Positions 29,714 through 39,207 of a stretch of 64,000 nucleotides of DNA are shown piece after piece. The translations under genes and the position numbers were made by a program. The notes under the pieces were generated by a model that ran no database searches, was not told the origin of the DNA, and saw only the letters and a program-made list of their open reading frames with translations. Position 1 is the stretch's first letter. Each line of letters opens with the position of its first letter. The DNA comes from Nitrospirales bacterium (GTDB lineage Bacteria > Nitrospirota > Nitrospiria > Nitrospirales > UBA8639): NCBI GenBank assembly GCA_965223295.1, contig CBDCWC010000002.1, positions 1,472,001 through 1,536,000 on the forward strand, read 5' to 3'.

Positions 29714-31273
29714 TTAGGGCGCTAAATGACCAAAGGTTCCGTCCATTCCGCCTCTGTTATACGGCATCCTCTTGGTAACCTTTGGCTGGGTGACCGTGTA
29801 GGCTTCATCAGGTCTAGGAACCTGCTCCTCAGGATAGGCCCCTTCCATATATCCCATCATCATGAATTCAAAATCATTCGGCTCCAAATAATGATCAGTT
29901 GGCAAGGTTTGCTTCACCACATTGAGCGGTTTCACCAAATGCGGCGTGACAATGACAATCAACTCAGTCTCATTTTTCTGAAAAGACGTACTACGAAAGA
30001 GCGCACCTAATACAGGGATATCTCCTAGCAAGGGATATTTGGCAATCGTCTCTCTCACGTTATCTTGAAGAAGCCCGGCAATCGCAAAACTTTGCCCATC
30101 GCCCAACTCGACCACGGTCTTCACACGGCGAGTCGTGAGCGAAGGAATTTGAAATCCGCTGATAGAAATTCCATTAGCGAAATCTAATTCCGACACTTCG
30201 GGATTCACAACAACTGAGATGCGCCCATCTGATAACACGGTCGGAGTAAATTTTAAGCCCACACCAAATTCTTTAAATTTTACCGTCACCTGACTAAATT
30301 GTTGTGGAATCGGAATAGGAAATTCTCCACCAGCCAGAAATTCTGCAGCCTGCCCACTCTCTGCAATCAGAGTGGGTTCCGCTAACGTTTTAGAAAGCCC
30401 ATGCTCCTTCAGAGCATCCAGAAAGACCGTCCACAAGTCATTCCCAATCCCAAACCCAAAGACTCCAGTTGTTTGTAACCCCGGGAAAAGATTATAGAGA
30501 TTCGTCAAGCCTCGAAGAGGAGATGTAGGATCTTCAGGATGTCCAATGGCAGCAAACTCATCATCGAATCCCACCAGATTGTTGAGGGTTCCAACGCTAT
30601 AATCCCGATGGCCTTGTTGCTGTCTCTGGTAATTAAATCCCAGGCGCTTCGTCAACCCGCGTTGCATCTCGGCAATCTTGACTTCCATCATGACCTGTTG
30701 CACACCACCAACTTGAAGCAAGTTAACGACTTTTTCAGGAGCATAAGGCTCGGAGAGCGCCAAGACTTTATTTAACGAGGCCATATTACTCACATTTCCC
30801 GTCAACGTAATGTGGTCATGGCTACTCAAGACTTGAATTCCCTGTTCAGAGGGCAGCAGCATATGCAGCTGTTCTTTAAGACGATTGACATCAGGCGCGA
30901 TCTGAATATCGAAGACATTCGAGACTTTTCCATCTCTTCCCCATAAGGTCAGCGTTGTAGTGCCGATATCCTTGCCGGTCAAATAGAGTTGCTTGGGTGA
31001 CAGGACAATTTGATCAGCCACATCAGGATTGGCCATCGATGCTCGTTTAAATGGAGAACCTGTCTCAATGATTTTCGATTCACCCACCGTCAACCGTAAC
31101 TCTTTGGGTTCGTTGACTTGTGCCGCTTGATAGGTCAAACCCTCCGCAAATCCTTCAGGAGAGCCCATCCCCAAGGACATGCCGACGACCCCGACAATTG
31201 GGAACATGAAATGAAAAATCTTATTCATAACCATACCTTTCATAGCTAACCTCGCGACGCCAATATGTCTCAT
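29714..31273 (-). CDS. rcpA: Tad secretin RcpA/CpaC
   Basis: QVMMEVKIAE, LAEPTL, FLAGGEFPIP, FKEFGVGL, LGDIPVLGALFRS, ETELIVIVTP. Confidence 0.95.
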   Translation of the reverse strand: MRHIGVARLAMKGMVMNKIFHFMFPIVGVVGMSLGMGSPEGFAEGLTYQAAQVNEPKELRLTVGESKIIETGSPFKRASMANPDVADQIVLSPKQLYLTGKDIGTTTLTLWGRDGKVSNVFDIQIAPDVNRLKEQLHMLLPSEQGIQVLSSHDHITLTGNVSNMASLNKVLALSEPYAPEKVVNLLQVGGVQQVMMEVKIAEMQRGLTKRLGFNYQRQQQGHRDYSVGTLNNLVGFDDEFAAIGHPEDPTSPLRGLTNLYNLFPGLQTTGVFGFGIGNDLWTVFLDALKEHGLSKTLAEPTLIAESGQAAEFLAGGEFPIPIPQQFSQVTVKFKEFGVGLKFTPTVLSDGRISVVVNPEVSELDFANGISISGFQIPSLTTRRVKTVVELGDGQSFAIAGLLQDNVRETIAKYPLLGDIPVLGALFRSTSFQKNETELIVIVTPHLVKPLNVVKQTLPTDHYLEPNDFEFMMMGYMEGAYPEEQVPRPDEAYTVTQPKVTKRMPYNRGGMDGTFGHLAP

Positions 31274-31282
31274 GTTGTCTAC

Positions 31283-32116
31283 CTAAAACTTGAGAGTCGA
31301 CTTTTTTGTGCCATTAATGACTTCCACACCATTTGATGCCTTTCGTTTTTTTCGCGGAGGTCGCAACTGATAAGAGGCCATCAAATCTTTAAAATTTGCG
31401 CCCTTGGTTTTCTTAACTTCAGGATTCAAGGGACTACGAAGTGCAAGCCGTAATTTTCCTCCGTTTTCGGCCATTGCCAGTTTTTCTGCTTCCTCGAGCG
31501 ACACTTCCAAAGTAATGACTTTGACGGGTTTGGGACCTTCTTCATCGTTCGCGGCCCGCTCCATTTGAGTATCGGTCGCCAACACTAGGGTATTTTCAAG
31601 AACCACTTTGGTCACCATATTTTTATTGCCTTTACCTTTGGCTAATGGATCATCAAATGTGGCCATCACATCCACCCGATCTCCCGGCTGCACAAAACCA
31701 GGAAGCCCCACGATTTCATTTACTTTGACCGCCATCGCCCGTTTATTGGGATCCATGACCGCTGATACACCGCCGGTTTTCAAGTCAATCGGTGCAAGCT
31801 TTGATTCAAGAATAGCTTCATTCTTTTTCAAATTCGTGAGAATAACTCTTCCAGTTAAGGATTCGGGTTTCACAAAATGCCCCACAGGTAAAGAATCTTC
31901 TGGAAAGGTGACCATCTTAAAAGATTCTTTTGCCAACTGCGTGCCCCAGGGAAGATCATTGTTAGCAACGGCTAACGTCACCCCTTCCACGACAACCTCG
32001 GGGACTTCTACCACTGTTCCCTGCTGTCCCTGAAGCCATTGATACACCATGTACGTGGTCACTAACGCAATCCCAATGGCCAGCCCTAAAAATACGAGTG
32101 GACGTTTATTCCCCAT
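31283..32116 (-). CDS. cpaB: Flp pilus assembly protein CpaB/RcpC
   Basis: N-terminal TM, SAF domain, RAMAVKV...GFVQPGDRVDV, LRLALR. Confidence 0.93.
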   Translation of the reverse strand: MGNKRPLVFLGLAIGIALVTTYMVYQWLQGQQGTVVEVPEVVVEGVTLAVANNDLPWGTQLAKESFKMVTFPEDSLPVGHFVKPESLTGRVILTNLKKNEAILESKLAPIDLKTGGVSAVMDPNKRAMAVKVNEIVGLPGFVQPGDRVDVMATFDDPLAKGKGNKNMVTKVVLENTLVLATDTQMERAANDEEGPKPVKVITLEVSLEEAEKLAMAENGGKLRLALRSPLNPEVKKTKGANFKDLMASYQLRPPRKKRKASNGVEVINGTKKSTLKF

Positions 32117-32266
32117 GCTGTTCCTCCCTACTCATTTCCATTCGACGGTGCATTAGACCGGGTCGCTTTCCTGAAACATCATCGGCTCAGAGCCAGTGTT
32201 CGCGTCTTCACCAATAAAATGTTCAAGTTCGTAGATAAATCATCAGTTAATTCCAAGATATCGGAT

Positions 32267-32293
32267 ATATCGGATATTCGTTTCCATTCTTAA
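32267..32293 (-). promoter_or_regulatory. Putative sigma28-type promoter upstream of cpaB, overlapping a 9-bp tandem repeat
   Basis: The minus strand reads TTAA-N15-TCCGATAT; atatcggat occurs twice at 32258-32275. Confidence 0.4.
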
Positions 32294-32355
32294 GGGTAGA
32301 AGCATCTTTTTTGGTAAATGATCCTTTTGGCAGAAAGGGCAACCCTTAAACACCT

Positions 32356-32904
32356 TCACCACACCTCATACCACGTCAAGACCTGTGTCATGACTGTTCC
32401 CAGACCAATCACTAAGGCATAGCGCAACTTTGGTTCACCCTCAGTTGGCTTCTCGAGAACGGGAACCTTGCGTGTCACCCTCCAGGTTGTCAGAAGAGTC
32501 ATACAGCGATCCCATGCCTGACGAAATCCAAAAAGATTCCCGATCATGAAAAAACTATAGCCCCCCCCTAAAATGGTCGTAATCGCAAAGACATAGACCA
32601 CCTGTTCAGGGCCTATAATCGCTCCAATCCCTCCAAGAAATTTCACATCTCCCGCACCCATTCCTCCCTTAATATAAAAGAACAAGAGACACATGATGCC
32701 TACAGCTAGCCCTAACACGCTGCCGCTTAGTCCATCCCACCCTCGATTGATCGTATGAAGGATGAACCCCACAAGGACTAATGACCCTGTTAACCAATTC
32801 GGGATTCGACTACTACGGAAATCATAGATCCCCGCAATCACCAAGGACGAAAACAGGCAAAATAAGAGAATATGAGAAATCACCGACGGATTTTGAACAT
32901 CCAC
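32356..32904 (-). CDS. tadV: A24-family prepilin peptidase TadV/CpaA
   Basis: YDFRSSRIPN and GMGAGDVK catalytic Asp motifs. Confidence 0.93.
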   Translation of the reverse strand: MDVQNPSVISHILLFCLFSSLVIAGIYDFRSSRIPNWLTGSLVLVGFILHTINRGWDGLSGSVLGLAVGIMCLLFFYIKGGMGAGDVKFLGGIGAIIGPEQVVYVFAITTILGGGYSFFMIGNLFGFRQAWDRCMTLLTTWRVTRKVPVLEKPTEGEPKLRYALVIGLGTVMTQVLTWYEVW

Positions 32905-33215
32905 TGCATACTCCTCTGTATGAAAAAGATTCGTACCTTTCCCGGAACCATGAGGCCTTTCTCGTTTTCATACTCATAAAAGACCTCCCCTACCAGTCTT
33001 CTCAACTTTTTTCGGAGGGAAAATTCTATTCTGAAGGGATAAGACACAGAATCCGCATCTTAGCCAGGCAAAGAGGCCTATGATGACGACACAAATGACC
33101 AAAGAACACTTCAACAAGCAATGGTCACAATGACGAAACCAATACTGAGTGAAGAGGAAGGGAAGGGATGCCGGAGAAAGATTACGGCAAAAAGATGAAA
33201 AGGGAGATCATATAC

Positions 33216-33251
33216 TCAAGGGCAAGTTGCCGAAGCAAAACTTGCCCTTGA
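33216..33251 (-). terminator. 13-bp stem hairpin downstream of tadG (terminator or mRNA-stabilising)
   Basis: tcaagggcaagtt...aacttgcccttga; the U-tract is weak. Confidence 0.5.
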
Positions 33252-33276
33252 CCTAGAATTATTATATTCGATTGAT

Positions 33277-34470
33277 CTATAGCACCAGTTTCGGCACCGT
33301 TGAGGGAGGAGCACCTGGAGCCCCACCACCATTAGGATCCGGGGGAGCTTCTTCAAACACAAAGCACTCAAGACGGGCTTGGATCTCCTTAGTATTCCCT
33401 TGTACTATGACACTTGTGATCGTGGCTGTAGCATAACCCACAATGACTTGGGCTCCATTTGGATCACAGTTCGACCCGTTGGATTGATAGATCGGAATGG
33501 TCACATGCCATTCCCCATTGGGATCATTTGCCGCCTCTTGCTCAAAGAGGTCTTGGATAGCATTAAACGTTGGCGTCGTCACGCCGTTTGTAAAATTAAA
33601 GGTCGTCTGATGGGGAATAATTGGCGGACTGGTGTAATTCCCGTCCGCTATACAATTAATCACTTTGGTCAGCATTGCGGTATTCGCACCACCATTACCA
33701 GTACCGGCAGTTCCTCCATCATTACAATTTTGAGGATTATTCCCTTGTCCCGATACTTCATCAAATTGATGCCATCCCGCACACACATCTTCTCCAGAAG
33801 GATGCATGGTGAACTGAACACTAGAATTTACACAATCCTGACCGTTAAACCAGGTGTCCGAAATACCAAATGGCGCTGCTTCACCAGGCGGCAAATTCGT
33901 ACCACCTGGCAATAAGGCTGCCGTCGCCGTCGCTGAAACACCGATATCCGTATTACCCCAAATCCCTGCAAAAAATGTCGCAATGGACCCATTCGCCTGC
34001 CCATCGCGTCGAGCGGTGACCTGAACGGCTGTCGGCCGAGCCAAATTTGGCGTAAAGGTACGTGTTGCGGAATCCCAGACGCCAAATTTTACATCTTCTG
34101 CATTGCCGGCAGCCGCATCGATACTAATACCCGTTAAATTCCCTGCTGTCGCAAGTGCAGCAATGCCCACAGCCGCGTCCAAGCTCCGCTGTTGTTCGTC
34201 AGTTGTGAGCGTGCGCATAAAATTTTGTTGGTCCGCCGTCTCCATGGCCAGATACGTTTTGCCTAACTCTCGTCCGGCAGTTAACGCCGAGGCATCCGCA
34301 ATATTCTGCAACTCATTTTTGGTCACTAAGGCATAGCCCAAATCAATGACCATGGCACTCAACCCGACAGCCACAGCCGTCCAAAGAGCCATTTTAATGG
34401 CCACAACGCCTTGTTCATTTTGAAGACATGATTGCTTCCTCATAACTCTCACTCCTTCTATTGTAACCAA
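33277..34470 (-). CDS. tadG: TadG-like pilus protein without vWA (Cys/Gly-rich C-terminal domain)
   Basis: NEQGVVA + hydrophobic helix, IDLG...ELQNIADASAL, TFFAGIWG, SATATA. Confidence 0.85.
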   Translation of the reverse strand: MVTIEGVRVMRKQSCLQNEQGVVAIKMALWTAVAVGLSAMVIDLGYALVTKNELQNIADASALTAGRELGKTYLAMETADQQNFMRTLTTDEQQRSLDAAVGIAALATAGNLTGISIDAAAGNAEDVKFGVWDSATRTFTPNLARPTAVQVTARRDGQANGSIATFFAGIWGNTDIGVSATATAALLPGGTNLPPGEAAPFGISDTWFNGQDCVNSSVQFTMHPSGEDVCAGWHQFDEVSGQGNNPQNCNDGGTAGTGNGGANTAMLTKVINCIADGNYTSPPIIPHQTTFNFTNGVTTPTFNAIQDLFEQEAANDPNGEWHVTIPIYQSNGSNCDPNGAQVIVGYATATITSVIVQGNTKEIQARLECFVFEEAPPDPNGGGAPGAPPSTVPKLVL

Positions 34471-34541
34471 AGGATCTCCTCAAGCTAATCAATCTGAAAT
34501 ATTCAAGGATAACGAGCAACTACTCAACTGCAATACAACTA

Positions 34542-35006
34542 CTATTCTTGCCGCATGACAGCACTAGCCGTTAACTGACTCTTATTTAGACCGCCGGCCG
34601 ACACCAATCCTCCAATCACCAAATAATTCCAGGGCAGTGTCGCAGACACATTGATAGCCGTGACCGGTGGCGGTCCTGGCGCCACTTGCGTGGGATTAAG
34701 TTGCACATCGAGTCCCGTAGAATCGACCCCGCCGGCCACCAAATATTCGTCAACGATCGTTTGAATATCACCCTGGCCGTTCGTATTTTGAAACAATGTC
34801 GCCTGACGCGCACCCTCCCGAACGGCATTAGTAAGTACTTCTTGCGACCAGAGCATGCGTCCAAAATCGACCATGCCAAACATCAACAGTGACAGGGGCA
34901 ATAACACCATCGCAAATTCGACCGCGGAGGATCCTCGTTGATTAGTGAGTACACGGCACTGAGATTTTGTTGATTGTCCCTCTGACAAATATTGAAGAAA
35001 ATTCAT
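34542..35006 (-). CDS. tadE: TadE-like pseudopilin
   Basis: RG-SSAVEFA prepilin site, DFGR, NAVREGAR. Confidence 0.92.
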   Translation of the reverse strand: MNFLQYLSEGQSTKSQCRVLTNQRGSSAVEFAMVLLPLSLLMFGMVDFGRMLWSQEVLTNAVREGARQATLFQNTNGQGDIQTIVDEYLVAGGVDSTGLDVQLNPTQVAPGPPPVTAINVSATLPWNYLVIGGLVSAGGLNKSQLTASAVMRQE

Positions 35007-35187
35007 AGCCTTCTGTTTCCATTCTAGAATTTAGAATTTGGTCGTTACCTTAAGACACCCTAATGGAATTTCCTGCAAGCCATAATCTATTGTCAAATGA
35101 AATCTTTCTATAGAGGCGCAAAGCTCTTGGGCGGATGATGGGCCTTCGATAACCTCTTGTGTGTTCTTGCGAAAAATACAATGCCAA

Positions 35188-35385
35188 TCAAGGGTCGGGG
35201 TATGTACTTTCAATCAAGGTGTACATTTTGGTGATAGCAGATCCGAGCGAAGAGGTCGAACCAACCACCACCACCCCTATCAAGGCTGCCAGCAACGCAT
35301 ATTCAATAGCGGTCGCTCCTTCATCATCTAAAAGGAAACTTTGCACCAGCCCGCACTCTCTCTCTTGTATTTGGCAGGACCTCAT
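35188..35385 (-). CDS. flp: Flp pilin (second copy)
   Basis: DDEG-ATAIEYALLAALI Flp motif; aaggagag RBS. Confidence 0.88.
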   Translation of the reverse strand: MRSCQIQERECGLVQSFLLDDEGATAIEYALLAALIGVVVVGSTSSLGSAITKMYTLIESTYPDP

Positions 35386-35412
35386 AGTTTACATACTCTC
35401 CTTTACCCATTA

Positions 35413-35446
35413 GGTGCCTAACCGGCAGACAACCTGGTTAGGCACC
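35413..35446 (-). terminator. Hairpin between flp1 and flp2
   Basis: Perfect 11-bp stem ggtgcctaacc/ggttaggcacc with no strong U-tract. Confidence 0.55.
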
Positions 35447-35489
35447 CAAATAGGTCAACTAGGATTTAACCTACTGTTTCCGTATCCTC

Positions 35490-35654
35490 TTACGGAATTT
35501 TGGATTCAATCGTGGAGAAGGTGCCATCGAGTTTTTGACCCAAGGCTGTTACAGACACGATGATGACAGCACCAATCAAAGCCGCCAACAGTCCATACTC
35601 CAAAGCAGTTGCTCCTTCTTCATCATTGATGAACCGCATTACTTGATTAACCAT
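35490..35654 (-). CDS. flp: Flp pilin (probable major pilin), 54 aa, absent from the ORF track
   Basis: Hand translation gives MVNQVMRFINDEEGATALEYGLLAALIGAVIIVSVTALGQKLDGTFSTIESKIP*; aaggag RBS. Confidence 0.95.
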   Translation of the reverse strand: MVNQVMRFINDEEGATALEYGLLAALIGAVIIVSVTALGQKLDGTFSTIESKIP

Positions 35655-35740
35655 AGCGAATCTCCTTAACGGGCGAAAAGGTGAATGTTCGCTATGCCAG
35701 AGTGCCCGAATCGTCCTGACATAGACGTTGCCTCTAACTA

Positions 35741-35830
35741 CTCCTTTGGCAACCCGGCTATCAGAGACCAGCTCCGACCCGTGGCTTTGCGCCCACGCTT
35801 TACAGCATGTTCGCCTTTATCGGGAAGAGG
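35741..35830 (-). ncRNA. c-di-GMP-I (GEMM-I) riboswitch
   Basis: The minus strand reads gataaaGGCgaa-catgct-GTAA-agcgtg-ggcGCAAAGCC-acgggtc...gatagccgGGTTGCC. It has a GNRA-capped P2, the GCAAAGC junction and P3, and lies in the flp leader. Confidence 0.9.
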
Positions 35831-36077
35831 CACCCGATCGAATCCATACAATGCCGTGATTTTCATATGTTCATGAAGCCAATGTAGCCGTCCCTCAGAT
35901 TTTCGCCTTTGCCTTCGTGATGATTGGCAGCCGAGAGCGCTCACTTGAGTCCAACTCGCTCTTCCATCATGTTGAAAGCCATACGATTGGGGTCTTGTCT
36001 ATTCATCGTAAAAATTTTCTTTAATGGTTGATGATTCATAGGTTATTCGATCATTTCTCATCCGTCAGGATGCCTCA

Positions 36078-36104
36078 TTATCGTCACGACTCAGAAAACC
36101 TTGA
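36078..36104 (-). promoter_or_regulatory. Putative sigma28-type promoter for the riboswitch-flp transcript
   Basis: The minus strand reads TCAAGGTT-N11-GACGATAA; the consensus is TAAAGTTT-N11-GCCGATAA. Confidence 0.55.
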
Positions 36105-36361
36105 CAGAAAATATCCTCAAAAAAAATTCTCTTTTATCGTAAGCTTCTTCAACTTTACGCATTTTCCAATATTGCCCACTAAGGATCAGAATTCTCACCT
36201 GTTCAATGATCTCCAAACGATTATTTTTTACTTCGGAGGAACCAGCGATTCCACATTTTTTCGCGAAATACATGTTCGCTACATACACAACCCATCTCTG
36301 TTTCTTCCACCTGTCCATCTGAAAATCCTACGGTCGAAAGCCTCAATATGCTCCACTAACT

Positions 36362-36508
36362 AGGCATCTCCAAACCCATGGGCACCTAATTTTTTCTGAG
36401 GGCAAGGAAGCGGCGCGCGGAAACCCGCATGTATTGGCCAATACATGAGGATTTGAGCACGCCGCTGACGCCGCCATAGGGAAAAAGAACAGTTTGTAGA
36501 GATGCCCT
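36362..36508. mobile_element. MITE family 2 (single copy here)
   Basis: Imperfect terminal IRs aggcatctccaaac / gtttgtagagatgccct and a perfect central 20-bp palindrome catgtattggccaatacatg (36428-36447). Confidence 0.72.
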
Positions 36509-36661
36509 CATATCACATTGTCAAGTCTGGAGAGAGAAACTAGGCAGTGTTTTCCGGCCACAGAACCTAAAGAAGGAGGATTTTGCCCAATAGGGTCTTT
36601 CTCTCGTCGTATCCGTCCAGCATGTACCTATGTTCTTCTCTGATGAACCTTCTCTCACTAC

Positions 36662-36677
36662 TGGCATATAGGTTGCT
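36662..36677 (+). promoter_or_regulatory. Putative sigma54 -24/-12 promoter
   Basis: TGGCATATAGGTTGCT (GG-N10-GC), about 85 nt upstream of the ATG at 36761. Confidence 0.72.
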
Positions 36678-36760
36678 CTCATGTATGAGGTTTTCCTGCT
36701 GCAAGTGAAACCAGTATATGTGCCCAAGTAATCATTGAAATATCAGGAAAAGCTAGAGAC

Positions 36761-39103
36761 ATGCGAGAAAACGGAATGTCTGCGAACCCCACAAACAATC
36801 ATGGCACTGATTCGGCTACAGCTGTCCTCAATAGCTCAGAGCTGGATACACCGCCTATCCGCGCCATAAACCATTCGGAGCCCCCCTCGAATGACGGTTT
36901 CGTGTTGCCTCTTTTTGTGACCACTATTTTTCTCAGCTCCTTACTGGTTTTCTCTGTCCAACCCCTCTTTGCCAAAATGGTTCTTCCCTTACTTGGAGGG
37001 TCTCCTGGAGTCTGGAATACGGCTATGCTTTTCTTTCAAATAGTGTTGCTGGCCGGGTACGTGTATGCGCATCTGACAACGCGCCTACTTGGCGTTAAAG
37101 GGCAAGCAGGGCTTCATGTCTGCGTGATGGTTTGCGTCTTGATCTTTTTGCCAATTGAGGTCGCAGAAGGCTGGTCTCCTCCTGTGGAGGAAGCTCCTGT
37201 CTTTTGGTTAATTGGGTTATTTGCCGTCTCTGTTGGCCTCCCCTTCTTTGCTGTTGCCACGAATGCTCCTCTACTACAGCGCTGGTTTTCTCATACAGGT
37301 CATAGTGCTGCTGCAGATCCATACTTTCTGTATGGGGCCAGTAATCTGGGAAGCATCCTGGCTCTTTTGAGCTACCCGCTCGTTGTTGAACCTCTATTCA
37401 CAAGTCAGGAACAAAGTCTTGCCTGGAGAGGGATATATGTAGTCTTAGTTGGCCTGATTACCCTTTCCGCTTTGACAGTATGGCGGCGCTATGAGCCAAA
37501 ATTAGCTTCAGCAATGACTCCCTTAGTAGATACCTCAGCCTTGGTATCTACACCGACCCTCTCACAGCGCTTGCATTGGTTAGTCCTGGCCTTTGTCCCG
37601 TCAAGTCTATTGTTGGGCGTAACGATGCACATCACAACTGATGTCGCTGCCGTCCCGCTTCTCTGGGTTCTGCCATTGACGTTGTATTTGTTAACTTTTG
37701 TGATTGTCTTTGCGCGCCGCCCATGGCTTCCTCATACCTGGATGGTGTTAGCCCAACCTTTTCTTTTGATTCCTATTGGCATACAGCGGTTTGGTGGCAT
37801 TCTCTTAAACATTCTTTTACCGATGATCGTCTTCTTCGTGACCACGATGGTATGTCATGGAGAATTAGCTAAACGCCGGCCCAGTGCAAATCATCTCACG
37901 GAGTTTTATTTATGGATGTCTTTGGGAGGCATGTTGGGAGGAGTGTTTAATGTACTGGTTGCCCCTCTTGTCTTTAGTTCCGTCTTAGAATATCCCCTCA
38001 TGCTAGTCTTGGCCTGTTTTCTCCGTCCCGTCCAAGCACACACAACGCGAGTTTTCATAGCTGGCGACCTGATCTGGCCCGCTGCGCTTCTTACTCTTCT
38101 TGGAATCCCCATTTGGCTGGGCGCCACATCTACTCTTTGGGGAGGTGCGGGACTCGTCGCTTTTTGCGTGGTCTTAGGTCTCGGAACATACAGTTTTCGA
38201 CACCGCCCAATACGATTTGGCTTAGGGGTCGCAGTTATCCTGCTCTTGACGACATTGTTGGGGACACAGGACCAAGTGATCTTAAAACGAGAGCGAAGTT
38301 TTTTCGGAGTGAATACGGTACAACGAACTGACAAGGGCGACTTCAATCTCTTGGTTCACGGGAGGATCATTCATGGTGCCCAACACACCGATCCCACACG
38401 CTGGCGTGAGCCTTTAACCTACTACCACCGAAAAGGTCCGCTTGGTCAATTGTTTACCCTTTTTCAACAACAAGAGACCTCTCTTCAGCATATTGGAGCT
38501 ATTGGCTTAGGCGCCGGCACGGCATCATGTTATCAACAACCAGATCAACATTGGACTTTTCATGAAATTGACCCAACGGTTAGTCGGCTTGCTCGGGATA
38601 CACGTTACTTTCACTATCTCTCGGAATGTGGAACCAATACAAACATTGTTTATGGTGACGCACGCCTTTCTCTAATAGCTGTACCCGATCACCACTATGA
38701 TTTGCTCATCATTGATGCGTTTAGCTCAGATGCAATTCCCCTCCATCTAATTACTCGTGAGGCTCTCGCACTCTATTTACAAAAAGTTGCTCGACAAGGG
38801 ATCTTAATTTTTCACATTTCGAATAGCAATCTTGAACTTAGCGGCGTGATGGGAAATTTAGCAGCAGATGCTGAACTCATTAGCTGGATACAGCGCTACC
38901 GCGTAAACAATACAGCCAAACAATCTCAATTCGAGATGCCTTCTGATTGGGTAGTCATGACACGACCTGCTGCAAAAATGAACTTCCTCGACGGAGATTC
39001 TCGCTGGACCCGATTAGGATCTAATCCTCAAACACGAGTCTGGACAGACGATTATTCCAATATTCTGGGAGTCCTCAAGTTGGGATCCCCCACAACCCCT
39101 TAA
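36761..39103 (+). CDS. Multi-pass membrane protein fused to a spermidine-synthase-like SAM-dependent domain (fused MFS/spermidine synthase family)
   Basis: FSVQPLFAKMVLPLLGGSPGVW, PYFLYGASNLGS and CHGEL in the membrane part; GLGAG, EIDP, GDAR, DAFSSDAIP and WTDDYSN in the C-terminal domain. Confidence 0.9.
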   Translation: MRENGMSANPTNNHGTDSATAVLNSSELDTPPIRAINHSEPPSNDGFVLPLFVTTIFLSSLLVFSVQPLFAKMVLPLLGGSPGVWNTAMLFFQIVLLAGYVYAHLTTRLLGVKGQAGLHVCVMVCVLIFLPIEVAEGWSPPVEEAPVFWLIGLFAVSVGLPFFAVATNAPLLQRWFSHTGHSAAADPYFLYGASNLGSILALLSYPLVVEPLFTSQEQSLAWRGIYVVLVGLITLSALTVWRRYEPKLASAMTPLVDTSALVSTPTLSQRLHWLVLAFVPSSLLLGVTMHITTDVAAVPLLWVLPLTLYLLTFVIVFARRPWLPHTWMVLAQPFLLIPIGIQRFGGILLNILLPMIVFFVTTMVCHGELAKRRPSANHLTEFYLWMSLGGMLGGVFNVLVAPLVFSSVLEYPLMLVLACFLRPVQAHTTRVFIAGDLIWPAALLTLLGIPIWLGATSTLWGGAGLVAFCVVLGLGTYSFRHRPIRFGLGVAVILLLTTLLGTQDQVILKRERSFFGVNTVQRTDKGDFNLLVHGRIIHGAQHTDPTRWREPLTYYHRKGPLGQLFTLFQQQETSLQHIGAIGLGAGTASCYQQPDQHWTFHEIDPTVSRLARDTRYFHYLSECGTNTNIVYGDARLSLIAVPDHHYDLLIIDAFSSDAIPLHLITREALALYLQKVARQGILIFHISNSNLELSGVMGNLAADAELISWIQRYRVNNTAKQSQFEMPSDWVVMTRPAAKMNFLDGDSRWTRLGSNPQTRVWTDDYSNILGVLKLGSPTTP

Positions 39104-39207
39104 ACTTACTCAACTCTGACGTTTACCGTGTGGGATTCCTCCTTAAGAAGTAGTTAATTTAGACCGAAATACCCCATAGTAGAGTAAGAAAACATCGTCA
39201 CATTTGT

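Noticed and set aside
35685-35944. ORFs 35685-35876 and 35738-35944
   Set aside because: They overlap the riboswitch and leader and have no protein features.
14156-39103. Complete agmatine-putrescine-spermidine pathway using the 36761 protein
   Set aside because: The protein is 20 kb from aguAB, membrane-fused, and lacks the GGGDG aminopropyltransferase loop; no SAM decarboxylase is in the window.
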